A stretch of DNA of 64,000 bases from an uncultured Gammaproteobacteria bacterium (GTDB lineage Bacteria > Patescibacteriota > Microgenomatia > UBA12405). Shown in pieces: positions 28,385 to 38,466 of the stretch. The stretch's first letter is position 1. Every line of letters begins with the position of its first letter. The translations under genes were made by a program, and so were the position numbers. The notes under the pieces are model-generated. The model ran no database searches and was not told the DNA's origin. It worked only from the letters and a program-made list of their open reading frames with translations. The stretch covers positions 2,056 through 66,055 of the forward strand of contig CAZIZX010000002.1 in NCBI GenBank assembly GCA_964544275.1. Direction: 5' to 3'.

Positions 28385-28750
28385 ATGACAGATAATCAAA
28401 GAAATGCGAGAACATTGATAGTTTGTTTTTCGATAGCTTATTTGGTCCTGATCCCATTGAGGATGGTTGAAATCGGAAGAGATCGGGTCGAAAATAATGT
28501 TGGGGAAATGAGTGTTTTGGGGGAGCAGACACGGGTGGAATTACCGGATGCAGAGCTTTCCGGCTTGGAATTACCTTATAGAGAGATTGAGGCGGAAGAA
28601 TTAAAGAGTGACAGCTGCCTGGATGAAGTTGAGGCAAGAGAGCTTTTGGGTGATTATGTGGAGTACCTAGGTGAGGAAAATTTAACTGAAACTCAAATTG
28701 ATGAAGTACTAGACCAGATAAGGAATGTCCAAAAAGAGATTTGCCGATAG
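28385..28750 (+). CDS. Hypothetical small acidic protein
   Basis: 121 aa ORF with an N-terminal hydrophobic segment and a Glu-rich C-terminus. No recognisable family. Kept only because it fills an otherwise empty gap after the tRNAs. Confidence 0.35.
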   Translation: MTDNQRNARTLIVCFSIAYLVLIPLRMVEIGRDRVENNVGEMSVLGEQTRVELPDAELSGLELPYREIEAEELKSDSCLDEVEARELLGDYVEYLGEENLTETQIDEVLDQIRNVQKEICR

Positions 28751-28757
28751 GCGGTGG

Positions 28758-29972
28758 TTAGCGAATAGTGACAGCGTATAGGTTTTCGGGTGCACCTTCG
28801 TAGGGAGAGACTAGGGTGACAATGCGACTGCCATCCGCCCAAGGGAAGACATATTCGGGGTTAAAGTTGCCGGCGAACAATGTTTGATTGTTGGTGCTAT
28901 CGTATTCGATAACTTTGATCTGTTTATCTGACAGGTAGATAATGCTGTTGGAGTTGGGCAGCCAAAAGGGTTTTCTGATGGCGTCGGCTGCTGCCAGAAG
29001 GAAGTTGGTATCGTCTTTGAGGTCGTAAACATAATAGTTTCCAGCTTTGACATCACGGCTTTGGTTTTGGGTACTTTGAGCTGGAGGAGGGGTGATAATG
29101 TTTGGTTTGATTTGGCCGTTGGTGTGGGCAAGGTAGAGAACTTTTTCGTCGGCACTATTGAAGGAGATTTGGCTTTGGGCTGAGTCAGTGGATATGAGCT
29201 GTTTGATTTCAGGAGGGACTTTTTCCAGCTTGACCAGATTATTTTGAATAATTTGGCGTTGCCAGTCTTCACGAATGAGAGGAATTCGGGGAGTGACATC
29301 ATATAGGTTTCTGGTATTTATGGGAGAATCGAGAGAAATGAGATAGCTGATGTTGGTAGTTTTGTTTGAGGCCAATATGGATCGGCCGTCTGGGGAAAAC
29401 TCAAAGGTGAATTTGGACCAATCTATTCCAGGGTAGTTAGGTGCAATTTGTTTGGTGGGAGAGCGGTTTATCAATATGGGATTGTCGACAAGGTCAATCT
29501 GGTAGAGACCATTGTCGCGAGCAGCGGAAGCAGAAGCGACGGAGTAGATTATTTTGGTGCCGTCGGGACTGAGGGTGGAAGCGATAGCACCGGAGAGAGT
29601 GACCGGGCGAAGATCAGGAACCGATCGGTAAAGTTGAGCGTCGGTTTGAAAGACAATTTCTTTTTTGATGATAATTTCTTTTTCCCAGGGGAGATAGCCG
29701 TCTTTGACGATTTTGATAGAGTAGTCGCCGGGAGGTAGATTAATAGTGTCGTCGGTGGCTGTAATTAAGCGGTCGTTGACATAGACTGAAGCTGATTTGG
29801 GACGGGAAGTGGCAGAGAGTAGCCCGGTGGCCTGGAGGACAACTCCTTTTTGAAGATTAAGCTGATAGCCGCGAGCGTAAAAAGAGATGAGGTAGGTAGA
29901 AAAAGCTACAAGTAGGAGAACAGAAAACATTATCAAAAGACTTTTTTTGTCTGAAGATCTGGCCATGAGCAT
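28758..29972 (-). CDS. Membrane-anchored PEGA-domain + TolB-like beta-propeller protein
   Basis: The start is at MLMARSSDKK (complement of 29970-29972), or at the next ATG (29966), which sits exactly 6 nt after a TATAAT. The ORF-track start at 30182 adds 70 non-hydrophobic residues with no signals. TM LLIMFSVLLLVAFSTYLISFY. PEGA pattern VYVNDRLITATDDTINLPPGDYSIKIVKDGYLPWEKEI. Repeated ..SPDG(T/R)(K/S)I(I/L).S.. blades. Confidence 0.7.
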   Translation of the reverse strand: MLMARSSDKKSLLIMFSVLLLVAFSTYLISFYARGYQLNLQKGVVLQATGLLSATSRPKSASVYVNDRLITATDDTINLPPGDYSIKIVKDGYLPWEKEIIIKKEIVFQTDAQLYRSVPDLRPVTLSGAIASTLSPDGTKIIYSVASASAARDNGLYQIDLVDNPILINRSPTKQIAPNYPGIDWSKFTFEFSPDGRSILASNKTTNISYLISLDSPINTRNLYDVTPRIPLIREDWQRQIIQNNLVKLEKVPPEIKQLISTDSAQSQISFNSADEKVLYLAHTNGQIKPNIITPPPAQSTQNQSRDVKAGNYYVYDLKDDTNFLLAAADAIRKPFWLPNSNSIIYLSDKQIKVIEYDSTNNQTLFAGNFNPEYVFPWADGSRIVTLVSPYEGAPENLYAVTIR

Positions 29973-30033
29973 ATTATACCTTAGAGAGAAGTAGTCAGTA
30001 GCTAGTAGTTGGCAGTTGGGATAGAATAAAAAC

Positions 30034-31035
30034 ATGAAGTTGTTTAAGAAACTGGGGATTGATCTGGGAACGGCAAATAGCCTGGTGTGGGAGGCTAATG
30101 AGGGAGTAGTTTTGAATGAACCGACGGTGGTGGCGGTAGGGATTGAGGATCGGAAGGTGTTGGCGGCGGGGACTGAAGCCAAAAAGATGCTGGGGAAGAC
30201 CCCGGAATATATAGAGGTGATCAGGCCACTGTCTGACGGGGCGATTGCGGACTATGAAGTGACCGAGGCAATGTTGCGGTATTTTATGAAGCAAGTGATG
30301 GGAAATAACTGGTTTGTCGGGCCTGAAGTGATGGTTTGTGTGCCGGCGGGAGTGACCCAGGTGGAACAAAGAGCAGTTTTGGATGCGACTTTAGCGGCTG
30401 GAGCCAGGAGGGCGTATCTGATAGATGAGCCGTTGGCGGCAGCGATTGGCGCTAAAATTCCGGGGGCCGATGCCTATGGGAATATGATAGTAGATATCGG
30501 AGGCGGAGCGGCCGAAGCGGCAGTGATTGCTCTGGGTGGAGTGGTAACACATAAAAGTGTCAGGGTGGGAGGAGATAAACTAGACAGAGCAATCGTGGAA
30601 TACCTGAAAAAGAAGTATAACCTGGTGGTGGGGGAGCAAACGGCGGAGAATATTAAGATAGAACTTGGAAGTGCGATTAAATTAAAACGGCCGGAGAAAA
30701 TGGAAGTTCATGGCAGAGATTCTATTTATGGTTTACCTAAAAATATAGAGGTTACTTCGGATGAGGTGTATGAAGCGATCAGACCGATATTGGATCAAAT
30801 TATTATGTCTATTCGGGATACTCTGGAGATTACGCCACCGGAATTGGTAGCGGATATCGTGGACCGGGGGATTGTCTTAAGTGGCGGTACGGCCCAGTTG
30901 AGGAATTTTAATGTGTTGGTGACAAGGGAAATAGGGGTGTCGGCGCATGTGGCATTGGAGCCCCAATTTTGTGTGATCAGAGGAACAGGAACTGCTATAG
31001 AAAATCTGGAAGTTTATCGGCGGGCGATTAGGTGA
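30034..31035 (+). CDS. mreB: Rod-shape determining protein MreB (actin-like ATPase)
   Basis: 333 aa. ..GIDLGTANSLVW.., ..VIRPLSDGAIADYEVTEAMLRYF.., ..IVDIGGG.., ..VLSGGTAQLRNF.. Confidence 0.95.
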   Translation: MKLFKKLGIDLGTANSLVWEANEGVVLNEPTVVAVGIEDRKVLAAGTEAKKMLGKTPEYIEVIRPLSDGAIADYEVTEAMLRYFMKQVMGNNWFVGPEVMVCVPAGVTQVEQRAVLDATLAAGARRAYLIDEPLAAAIGAKIPGADAYGNMIVDIGGGAAEAAVIALGGVVTHKSVRVGGDKLDRAIVEYLKKKYNLVVGEQTAENIKIELGSAIKLKRPEKMEVHGRDSIYGLPKNIEVTSDEVYEAIRPILDQIIMSIRDTLEITPPELVADIVDRGIVLSGGTAQLRNFNVLVTREIGVSAHVALEPQFCVIRGTGTAIENLEVYRRAIR

Positions 31036-31403
31036 TACAGTTTGTTTTAGCTGTATATAAGTCTTTATTATTGATGAATTTTAGATTGTAAATATTCTTT
31101 AAAAATATCATTATAATTTTAATTATATTGAAGTGATGTTGTTTTGGTCTTTTTTGCATATTTGGCGGCTACATTGGCGTAATAAATGAGTAATAAATTT
31201 GATCATTAGAGAAAGAGTGAGAGTAAAAAGATTGGAAGGAGGTAAAACTTATAGTTGACAGGGATTTTGAGGGTGATATATTTATATTGATAACCTTATA
31301 ATTATTATGTATGGGGTAATATGAAAGTCCTATAATATAATAAATTTTTTATTATTTTGATAAAATTTTTGAAAAAACCAAAAAAGGGTTGAGTTACTAG
31401 CGT

Positions 31404-32261
31404 TTGGATGTTGGTTGTGAGATAATTTTGGGTGAAATGATGGCTAGTAAATGTGGAAAAGTGGATAAAGTGGAGTTAAAATATACCGATAAAATAGGGT
31501 TAATATGGGGAATACCCATATTTGGCAGAGGATACAAGCAAGTGCTAGTATTGCTGGAGAGTTGGTTGAGGGAGAAAAAACGCCGAATATGGGTGGCCAC
31601 GGTTAACCCGGAGTTTGTGATGGTGGCCAAAAAAGACAAAAAATTCCTGGAGTTGTTACAAAAAAAGACGAGTTTGAATGTGGTGGATGGGGTGGGGTTG
31701 TTGTGGGCGATGAAAATTCAAGATTCGAAACAGAAACTAAGGGAGGGAGTGAAAGTGGCGGGAGAAATTTTGGGAGGAAAGCATAACAGTGAAATTGCGG
31801 CTGGAAGTGATTTGATTGATGGTTTGTGTCGGGTGGCGGCCCGGAGGAACTGGAGTGTGTTTTTCTTGGGTGGGTGGGAAGACAGGGCCAGGAGAACGGC
31901 AGACAAATTGTTGATCAAATACCCTGGGTTAAAAGTAAAAGGGACTTATGGAGGGATGGCAAATGGGGAGGACGAAAAGATATTAGAAGTTTTGGGTAAG
32001 GATCACATTGATATATTATTTGTAGCGTATGGGATGAAGAGGCAGGAAGATTGGATCGGACGAAATATTAATAAGCTGGATGTGGGTCTGGTGATGGGAG
32101 TGGGCAGAAGTTTTGATTATTATAGTGGGGACCTGAAGCGGGCGCCCGGATGGGTGAGGAAAATGGGGATGGAGTGGTTGTATTCTTTGGTGAAGGAACC
32201 GAAAAGGTGGAGAAGGCAATTGGTGCTGCCTAAATTTGTATGGGAAGTGATCAGGGGGTAG
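31404..32261 (+). CDS. WecB/TagA/CpsF-family glycosyltransferase (UDP-ManNAc(A) transferase-like)
   Basis: C-terminal family signature ..GVGRSFDYYSGDLKRAPGWVRKMGMEWLYSLVKEPKRWRR.. The start may be the internal MMASK (31436). A possible promoter, TTGACA-17-TATATT, lies at about 31254-31282. Confidence 0.8.
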   Translation: MDVGCEIILGEMMASKCGKVDKVELKYTDKIGLIWGIPIFGRGYKQVLVLLESWLREKKRRIWVATVNPEFVMVAKKDKKFLELLQKKTSLNVVDGVGLLWAMKIQDSKQKLREGVKVAGEILGGKHNSEIAAGSDLIDGLCRVAARRNWSVFFLGGWEDRARRTADKLLIKYPGLKVKGTYGGMANGEDEKILEVLGKDHIDILFVAYGMKRQEDWIGRNINKLDVGLVMGVGRSFDYYSGDLKRAPGWVRKMGMEWLYSLVKEPKRWRRQLVLPKFVWEVIRG

Positions 32262-32507
32262 AAAAGCGGTTGATGTTGAGTATAAAATGGGTTAGATGAT
32301 TGGGTTTCTGGAAAGAGTAAAGGAAAGATTATTGCACAGAGAAGTTCCGGCTATTAGGTTGGAGGATGGGTCTTTGTGTACAGACAGGACTTTTGTGGGT
32401 GGTTTGGATCCTCAGAATGTCGATGCGGTTTTGGTTGAGGAAAGGAATCATCCTCTGGCGGAGTGGACGTTGAAGGAGATTATACCGAGGGGTGATGAGG
32501 GAGGTAG

Positions 32508-33449
32508 TTAGAATTGACCCAAAAACTTGATTTCGGGCTGGAGGTCGAGGTTAAGTTTCTGTTTGGCTTGAGATTGGATATACCTGATTAGGTCAAGATA
32601 GTCCCGGGCAGTGGCGGTGCCATCATTGACAAGAAAATTGGCGTGTTGGTCGGAGACCCTGGCTCCATTGATGGAGAAATTTTTTAGATTTAATTCCTGA
32701 TCGATAATCCGTCCGGCAGAGTCGGCGGGGGGGTTTTGGAAGACACAACCGGCGGAATTGGGGGGTTGGGTGATGGTTTTTTGGGCGATGATGTTCCGGA
32801 CGAGCTGTTTGGCTGGGATGGGGTTGCCTGGTGTCAGGTTTAGATTGACGGAGAGGATGATCCATTCGGGGTGGTCCTGAAATTGGGAATAATCATAAGA
32901 CCAGCGAAGTTGATTGGCTTTTTGGGTGGTAATTTTGCCGGTGAGAAGATTAATAAATTTAACTGAGTTGATAATTTGGGAAAAGTGGTGATGGTCGATT
33001 CCGTGAATGTGAGAATAAACGGCACCACCGATAGTGGCCGGGATGTAGGCATAGTATTCCAGACCGGTGAGATGGCGGTTTAGGGTGGAACTGATGGCGA
33101 AGGCCAGAGAAGTGCCAGAACTGAGGGTGACGAGTGAGGGATTTTTTTTGGAGATGGTTAAATGATTACCACTATTTTTGATGACAATGCCTCTGATACC
33201 GGAATCGGAGATGAGGACATTGGAGCCGTTGCCGAGAATGGTTAATTGTAGATGCGGCGTTGTTGCTTTGACATTATTGGAAAGAAAAATTAAAACGTCG
33301 TGAAATTCTTTTGGGTTGCGGGTGTGGATGAAGATGTCGGCCGGGCCGCCGATTTTGAGGGTGGTGTAGGGGGCAAGGGAGTGATTTTCCCGAATGGAAA
33401 GATGGGGAAATTTGGAGGAGAGACTGGAGAACAGCTGATGGTAATCCAT
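32508..33449 (-). CDS. murB: UDP-N-acetylenolpyruvoylglucosamine reductase MurB
   Basis: 313 aa. FAD-binding N-domain ..LAPYTTLKIGGPADIF.., ..LGNGSNVLISDSGIRGIVI.. TATAAT lies 6 nt upstream of the ATG on the minus strand. Confidence 0.9.
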   Translation of the reverse strand: MDYHQLFSSLSSKFPHLSIRENHSLAPYTTLKIGGPADIFIHTRNPKEFHDVLIFLSNNVKATTPHLQLTILGNGSNVLISDSGIRGIVIKNSGNHLTISKKNPSLVTLSSGTSLAFAISSTLNRHLTGLEYYAYIPATIGGAVYSHIHGIDHHHFSQIINSVKFINLLTGKITTQKANQLRWSYDYSQFQDHPEWIILSVNLNLTPGNPIPAKQLVRNIIAQKTITQPPNSAGCVFQNPPADSAGRIIDQELNLKNFSINGARVSDQHANFLVNDGTATARDYLDLIRYIQSQAKQKLNLDLQPEIKFLGQF

Positions 33450-33612
33450 GGATTGATTATAGCTTAAGGTTTGTGTTTTGGAGCAGAGATTGGCCTTATA
33501 AGTTGAGTGATTTGATGTAATATTTATATATAGGTTGTGGATGTGGAAAAGTGGATAGAATTAATGTTATCCTATAGTTTTATTGGAAGCGGAAATAGGA
33601 TAAAATTAGGTA

Positions 33613-34440
33613 ATGAAAAGTTGGTGGAAGTGGGTAGTGTTTTTGGTTTTGATTATAATTTCCGGTATATATTTGACCTCTGACAGGGAAGTGGAGAGGG
33701 CGATTGAGAGTCAGGAGGCAGTATTGGTAGAGGAAGATAAAAAAGAGTTGGGGTTGAAGTTTGCGGTAATGGCAGATGTTCATTCGGAGTGGGGAAGGTG
33801 GCGAAAATTATTGGAAAAAGCGCGGGATGGTGGTAATGAAATGGTGATAATTGCCGGGGATTTGGCGTCGGAGGCCAGAAAAAGGGATTTTTTGGAAGCC
33901 AAAAAGGTATTGGACGGAGCGGGGTTGGAGTATTATGTGGTCCCGGGAAACCATGATTGGAGGTGGGGTGAGAGTAGGGGGAGGAACGAGTACGGGGAAG
34001 TGTTTGAAGAGGATTATATGAGCTTTAAAAAGGGTGAGGTTAAATTTATTTTGGTCAATAATGGTGGTTATTTGGGTTTGGGAGAGAAACAATGGGCGTG
34101 GTTAAGGGAAGAAACAAAAGAATGTGAGGATTATTTTTGTGTGGCAGTGATGCATATGCCGTTGAACCATAATTTTTTGATGGATATTATGGGGAGAGAA
34201 AATGAAAGGTTGAGGAAAGAGGCATCAGAGTTATTAGTTTTTTTGAGGGAGAGCGGAATAAAAGATATAATTACCGGACATATGCATTATTCGACTTCTT
34301 ACGAACTGGATGGAGTGAGGACTTATATTGTCGGGGCAGTGGGAGAAGATAATAATCCGCAAGGGTCGAGGTATACGGAGTTTGAGTTCCAGGAAGGGAA
34401 GTTAGGGCGGAAAGTAGTAACTTGGGAGGAGTTAGAGTGA
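33613..34440 (+). CDS. Membrane-anchored calcineurin-like metallophosphoesterase
   Basis: 275 aa. TM, then ..FAVMADVHSEW.., ..IIAGDLASEA.., ..VVPGNHDWRWG.., ..GHMHYS.. motifs. TAAAAT lies 6 nt before the ATG. Confidence 0.8.
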   Translation: MKSWWKWVVFLVLIIISGIYLTSDREVERAIESQEAVLVEEDKKELGLKFAVMADVHSEWGRWRKLLEKARDGGNEMVIIAGDLASEARKRDFLEAKKVLDGAGLEYYVVPGNHDWRWGESRGRNEYGEVFEEDYMSFKKGEVKFILVNNGGYLGLGEKQWAWLREETKECEDYFCVAVMHMPLNHNFLMDIMGRENERLRKEASELLVFLRESGIKDIITGHMHYSTSYELDGVRTYIVGAVGEDNNPQGSRYTEFEFQEGKLGRKVVTWEELE

Positions 34441-34907
34441 TTTTGGGAATTGATCCGGGATTGGCAAACACCGGTTGGGCGGTATTGAGGGATGAGAGAA
34501 CTTTGGTGGATTGTGGTTGTCTGGTGACGAAAATTGCTGATGGTTCGGCGGCCAGGCTGGATCATATATATAGTGAACTGGAACAAATTATAAAAAAATA
34601 TAGTATCAACGAGATGGCGATTGAGACTTTGTATTTTGCCAAAAATGCCAAATCAGCAATTAAAGTGGCGGAAGCAATTGGAGTGATAAAAGTATGTGGT
34701 CGGCGGAACCGGATAGAAGTGAGCGAATATACTCCGTTGCAGGTAAAAATGGCATTGGTGGGGTATGGACGGGCGGAAAAGGAGCAGGTGGAATTAATGG
34801 TGAGAACTTTTTTGGACAGAAGTGAGCCGATTGTGCCAAGACACGCTTCGGATGCGGTAGCGGTAGGATTGACGCATTTGTTTACAGCTAAATTAAAGGT
34901 GGCCTGA
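34437..34907 (+). CDS. ruvC: Holliday junction resolvase RuvC
   Basis: ..VILGIDPGLANTGWAVL.., ..MAIETLYFAKNAKSAIKVAEAIGVI.., ..YTPLQVKMALVGYGRAEKEQV.., ..HASDAVAVGLTH. GTG start at 34437 with GGGAGGA 6 nt upstream. The ORF-track TTG start is at 34422. Confidence 0.85.
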   Translation: MILGIDPGLANTGWAVLRDERTLVDCGCLVTKIADGSAARLDHIYSELEQIIKKYSINEMAIETLYFAKNAKSAIKVAEAIGVIKVCGRRNRIEVSEYTPLQVKMALVGYGRAEKEQVELMVRTFLDRSEPIVPRHASDAVAVGLTHLFTAKLKVA

Positions 34908-34927
34908 ATATAGTAGAATTAGGATAA

Positions 34928-35248
34928 ATGGACTGCGGTTTAGGTGAAAGTGGCCGATCTATGGTGGGGGCAATTTTGATATTGCTGTTTATGGCGGGGA
35001 TGTTGCCGACTTTGATGAAGGTGGTGGGAGAAAGGCAGGACTGGCGGGATAGAGCTTCGGACAAATTACCAGGGAAAGATGCTTATGTGCTTGAGGGGAA
35101 GAGTGAGGAAGACATTGATAATATGTTTGCTTTGACTTTGACAAAAACAAGCAGATCCTGTTTGCTGATTGACTTGGGCAAGGGCTGTTTTTGTCTGGCG
35201 GGTTTGCAGTGTGTCAGTGGAGAGTGTGCCGGCTGGTACTGCGAGTGA
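34928..35248 (+). CDS. Hypothetical small membrane protein with Cys-rich C-terminus
   Basis: 106 aa. One hydrophobic helix (VGAILILLFMAGMLPTLMKVV) and C-terminal CxxGxGCFCLAGLQCVSGECAGWYCE. No family assignment. Confidence 0.3.
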   Translation: MDCGLGESGRSMVGAILILLFMAGMLPTLMKVVGERQDWRDRASDKLPGKDAYVLEGKSEEDIDNMFALTLTKTSRSCLLIDLGKGCFCLAGLQCVSGECAGWYCE

Positions 35249-35286
35249 AATTAGATGATTTGGTAAATTTACTTTATAATGCTGAT

Positions 35287-35856
35287 ATGATTTCCAGCCT
35301 AAAAGGGGTATTAAACAAAATCAGAAACAGGGATGTTGAGGTGGAAGTAAACGGAGTGGGTTATCTAGTACGGGTGGGCAGCGGTTTTTTGAGAAGACAT
35401 GTTGAGGGAGAAGAAGTGCGGATAGAGACTTACATGGCGGTGTCGGAGAATGATATGAGTTTGTACGGATTTGATTCTGGTGAGGAAGTGGAGTTGTTTA
35501 AGATGTTTTTGGGAGTTTCCGGTATTGGTCCAAAGACGGCTTCTTTGATTTTGGGAGAGTGTGAAGTAGAGGCGGTAATGAAGGCGATAGGGGAAGCGGA
35601 TGTGAAATATTTTGAGAAAATTAAGGGAGTGGGTAAAAAGGCAGCCCAAAGAATTATTATTGATTTGAAATCGAAAATTGGCGGGTTAGGGGAACTGGAC
35701 TTAAGGCAGGATGAAGATGGTGGGGATGAATTGTATTTGAGTTTGAGGCAATTGGGTTTCGCCCGGGTGGAAATTGAAGCGGTGGTTAAAAAGATGCCGA
35801 TGGAAGTTTTGACTATCGAAGAAAGGCTGAGTTGGTGTTTGAATAATTTGGGGTAA
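35287..35856 (+). CDS. ruvA: Holliday junction DNA helicase RuvA
   Basis: MISSLKGVL..VEVNGVGYLVRV.. is the OB-fold domain I. HhH motifs GVSGIGPKTASLIL and IKGVGKKAAQRIIIDLKSK. TATAAT lies 6 nt before the ATG. The ORF-track start at 35191 is in-frame upstream junk. Confidence 0.9.
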   Translation: MISSLKGVLNKIRNRDVEVEVNGVGYLVRVGSGFLRRHVEGEEVRIETYMAVSENDMSLYGFDSGEEVELFKMFLGVSGIGPKTASLILGECEVEAVMKAIGEADVKYFEKIKGVGKKAAQRIIIDLKSKIGGLGELDLRQDEDGGDELYLSLRQLGFARVEIEAVVKKMPMEVLTIEERLSWCLNNLG

Positions 35857-35957
35857 AATAGCGCATGGCCGAGAAAAAGATTTTTAGGGTTTGGTCCCAG
35901 AAGAATGTGTGGCGGCTGATTTGGGTTTTGTTTGGTGGTTTATTGTAAAATAATGAA

Positions 35958-36920
35958 ATGAGCGATAGCAACCTGGACCCGAAGCCCAAGAAAGAAGATA
36001 AAATTATTGAGAAAAGTTTGAGACCACAGAGTTTGGCAGAGTTTATTGGACAGGAGAGACTGAAGGAGCAGTTGAGAATATTTGTGGAGGCGGCAAGAGC
36101 GAGGAGCGAACCCCTGGATCATATCTTGTTTTATGGTCCACCGGGATTGGGAAAAACAACGTTGGCATTTTTGATGGCCAAGGAGATGGGGTCAAATATT
36201 AAAATTACTTCAGGTCCGGCCATGACACGAGCTGGGGATTTGGCGGCGATACTGTCGGGGCTAAAAAGAGGAGATTTTTTGTTTATTGATGAAATTCATC
36301 GGATGAATAAGTTGGTGGAAGAAACTTTGTATGGTGCGATGGAAGATTTTGCCTTGGATATTGTATTGGGTAAGGGTCCGTCGGCAAAGACGGTCAGGTT
36401 AAACCTACAAAAGTTTACGATTGTGGGGGCGACAACGAGGATTGGGTTGATATCTGGGCCAATGAGAGACCGGTTTGGTTATGTTCAACAGCTGGATTTT
36501 TATGATGAAGAAAGTTTGAGGGAAATTGTGGAGAGAACGGGCGAAGTGTTAAAAGTAAAAATTGAAGAGAAGGCGGCAATGGAAATTGCTAAAAGATCGC
36601 GAGGAACACCGAGAGTGGCCAATAGATTATTGCGAAGGGTGAGGGATTATGCTCAAGTGAACAATGACGGGTTGATTACCATTAACGAAGCTAAGATGGC
36701 TTTGAAGATGATGGGTGTGGACGAAATGGGTCTTTCGGACGCAGACAGGAAATATCTGGAGGTGGTTAGAACACATTATGGTGGCGGACCGGTGGGGGTG
36801 GAAAATTTAGCGGCAGCGTTAACTGAGGATATTGGTACTATCACGGAAGTTTATGAGCCTTTTTTGATGAAGAGAGGTTTAATTAAAAGGACACCAAGAG
36901 GCAGGGTGCTGGTTGGGTAG
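35958..36920 (+). CDS. ruvB: Holliday junction DNA helicase RuvB
   Basis: 320 aa. Walker A GPPGLGKTTLA, Walker B DFLFIDEIHR, sensor ..TTRIG.., C-terminal winged helix. TAAAAT lies 6 nt before the ATG. Confidence 0.95.
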   Translation: MSDSNLDPKPKKEDKIIEKSLRPQSLAEFIGQERLKEQLRIFVEAARARSEPLDHILFYGPPGLGKTTLAFLMAKEMGSNIKITSGPAMTRAGDLAAILSGLKRGDFLFIDEIHRMNKLVEETLYGAMEDFALDIVLGKGPSAKTVRLNLQKFTIVGATTRIGLISGPMRDRFGYVQQLDFYDEESLREIVERTGEVLKVKIEEKAAMEIAKRSRGTPRVANRLLRRVRDYAQVNNDGLITINEAKMALKMMGVDEMGLSDADRKYLEVVRTHYGGGPVGVENLAAALTEDIGTITEVYEPFLMKRGLIKRTPRGRVLVG

Positions 36921-36949
36921 TATTTAGATATTATCTAAAATATAAATTT

Positions 36950-37207
36950 TTATTCCGATTGGATGCCCAGGAGCCAAAGGACGGCTTCTTTACGGTAGCG
37001 GCGATCACCGCGAGCGTTAATACGGATAGCCGGGAGTTTGCCCCTTTTACCCCATCTTTTGATAGTAAGTTTACTGACTCGAAGTAAGTCGGCAACTTCG
37101 GCGACGGTAAGTAAGTCGGGAAGATTGTCGATTGAGACTCCATTAACTTTTTTGGGAGGGTGGGATTGAGACACTAGTTTATCTTGTGTCTGAGTTTGTT
37201 CATCCAT
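36950..37207 (-). CDS. Excisionase-family helix-turn-helix DNA-binding protein (Xis/MerR-like)
   Basis: 85 aa. ..LLTVAEVADLLRVSKLTIKRWGKRGKLPAIRINARGDRRYRKEAV.. matches the HTH_17 excisionase-family pattern. No adjacent integrase. Confidence 0.6.
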   Translation of the reverse strand: MDEQTQTQDKLVSQSHPPKKVNGVSIDNLPDLLTVAEVADLLRVSKLTIKRWGKRGKLPAIRINARGDRRYRKEAVLWLLGIQSE

Positions 37208-37363
37208 AGACTGGCTCCTGTTGTATCAGAATAATGTATAACTGTAATCAGTAAAACACATTGGATATTTGTGTGTCAATGAGGCAAATAAGAGTGGTTT
37301 GACGCTAGATGTAGTGTAGGTGGTAGCTGTGGGAAAAAGATAAATATAGTGTAAAATTCTGGT

Positions 37364-38377
37364 ATGGATAAACAAGGGAATGTCAAGATCGCTTTTTTTG
37401 GAGTTAAATCGTGGGAAAGAGAGACGATCGAGAAGGAATTAGTCAAGATTGATAGTTATGGAGTGGGAATTTTTGAGGAGGAGGTACAGGATAAGGTGGA
37501 GCTGGCGGGTGAGTATGAAGTAATTTCTATTTTTATATATTCGAAGATGGATAAGAAGGTATTGGATAAGCTGCCAAGGTTAAAAATGATTGCTACCAGA
37601 TCAACCGGAACAGACCATATTGATTTGGACGAAGCGAAAAAGAGGGGAATAAAGGTAGTTAACGTGCCGGTGTATGGGTCGGAGACAGTGGCAGAGTATT
37701 CAATGGCTTTACTTTTGGCGGTGGCCAAAAAAATTGTTTGTGGTCATCAGGCGGTTGAAGATAATTATTTTAATCCGGAGGGTTTAACGGGGGTGGATTT
37801 AGCCGGAAAAACATTGGGTGTAATTGGGGTCGGAAGGATAGGGCAGAATATGATACGTTACGCCAGAGGCTTTAGGATGAAAGTTTTGGGGGTAGACGGT
37901 AATAGATTGCCCGGATTGGAAAAAAAATTGGGATTTCGGTATACGGATCTGGAAAATTGTCTGAAGGAATCTGATTTTGTGAGTTTGCATGTTCCAAGTA
38001 TTCCGGAAACGTTTCATATTATAAATAGAAATAATGTTAAATTAATGAAGAGAGGGTGTGTGTTGATTAATACATCGCGGGGGACGGTGGTGGAATCAGA
38101 GGCAATTGTGTGGGCGTTGAACAAAGGAATTTTGGCCGGAGCGGGACTGGATGTGGTGGAAGAAGAGGGTTTGCTGATTGATGATGGCAGTATGGCTTTG
38201 GATAAATCGGTGACTAAAGATGATTTGAGAGAAATGGTGAGCTACCATTTGCTGAGGGACAGGGACGATGTGATACTAACACCCCATAATGCTTTTAATA
38301 CCAAAGAGGCAATTGAGAGAATAATATCAACAACGGTGAATAGTATCGGCGAGTATTGTCAGGTAGTAGTGAGATAG
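37364..38377 (+). CDS. D-isomer-specific 2-hydroxyacid dehydrogenase (D-lactate/phosphoglycerate dehydrogenase family)
   Basis: 337 aa. NAD-binding GxGxxG (..LGVIGVGRIGQNM..), catalytic R/E/H arrangement (..TSRGTVVE.., ..LTPHNAF..). TAAAAT lies 6 nt before the ATG. Confidence 0.85.
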   Translation: MDKQGNVKIAFFGVKSWERETIEKELVKIDSYGVGIFEEEVQDKVELAGEYEVISIFIYSKMDKKVLDKLPRLKMIATRSTGTDHIDLDEAKKRGIKVVNVPVYGSETVAEYSMALLLAVAKKIVCGHQAVEDNYFNPEGLTGVDLAGKTLGVIGVGRIGQNMIRYARGFRMKVLGVDGNRLPGLEKKLGFRYTDLENCLKESDFVSLHVPSIPETFHIINRNNVKLMKRGCVLINTSRGTVVESEAIVWALNKGILAGAGLDVVEEEGLLIDDGSMALDKSVTKDDLREMVSYHLLRDRDDVILTPHNAFNTKEAIERIISTTVNSIGEYCQVVVR

Positions 38378-38466
38378 GTGGTAGGTGTGTAATTGATATG
38401 TATCCTATAATATATTGACAACGGTTAGGTTGGTGTGTAAAATATGTTCAAGAAGCAGGAATTTAT

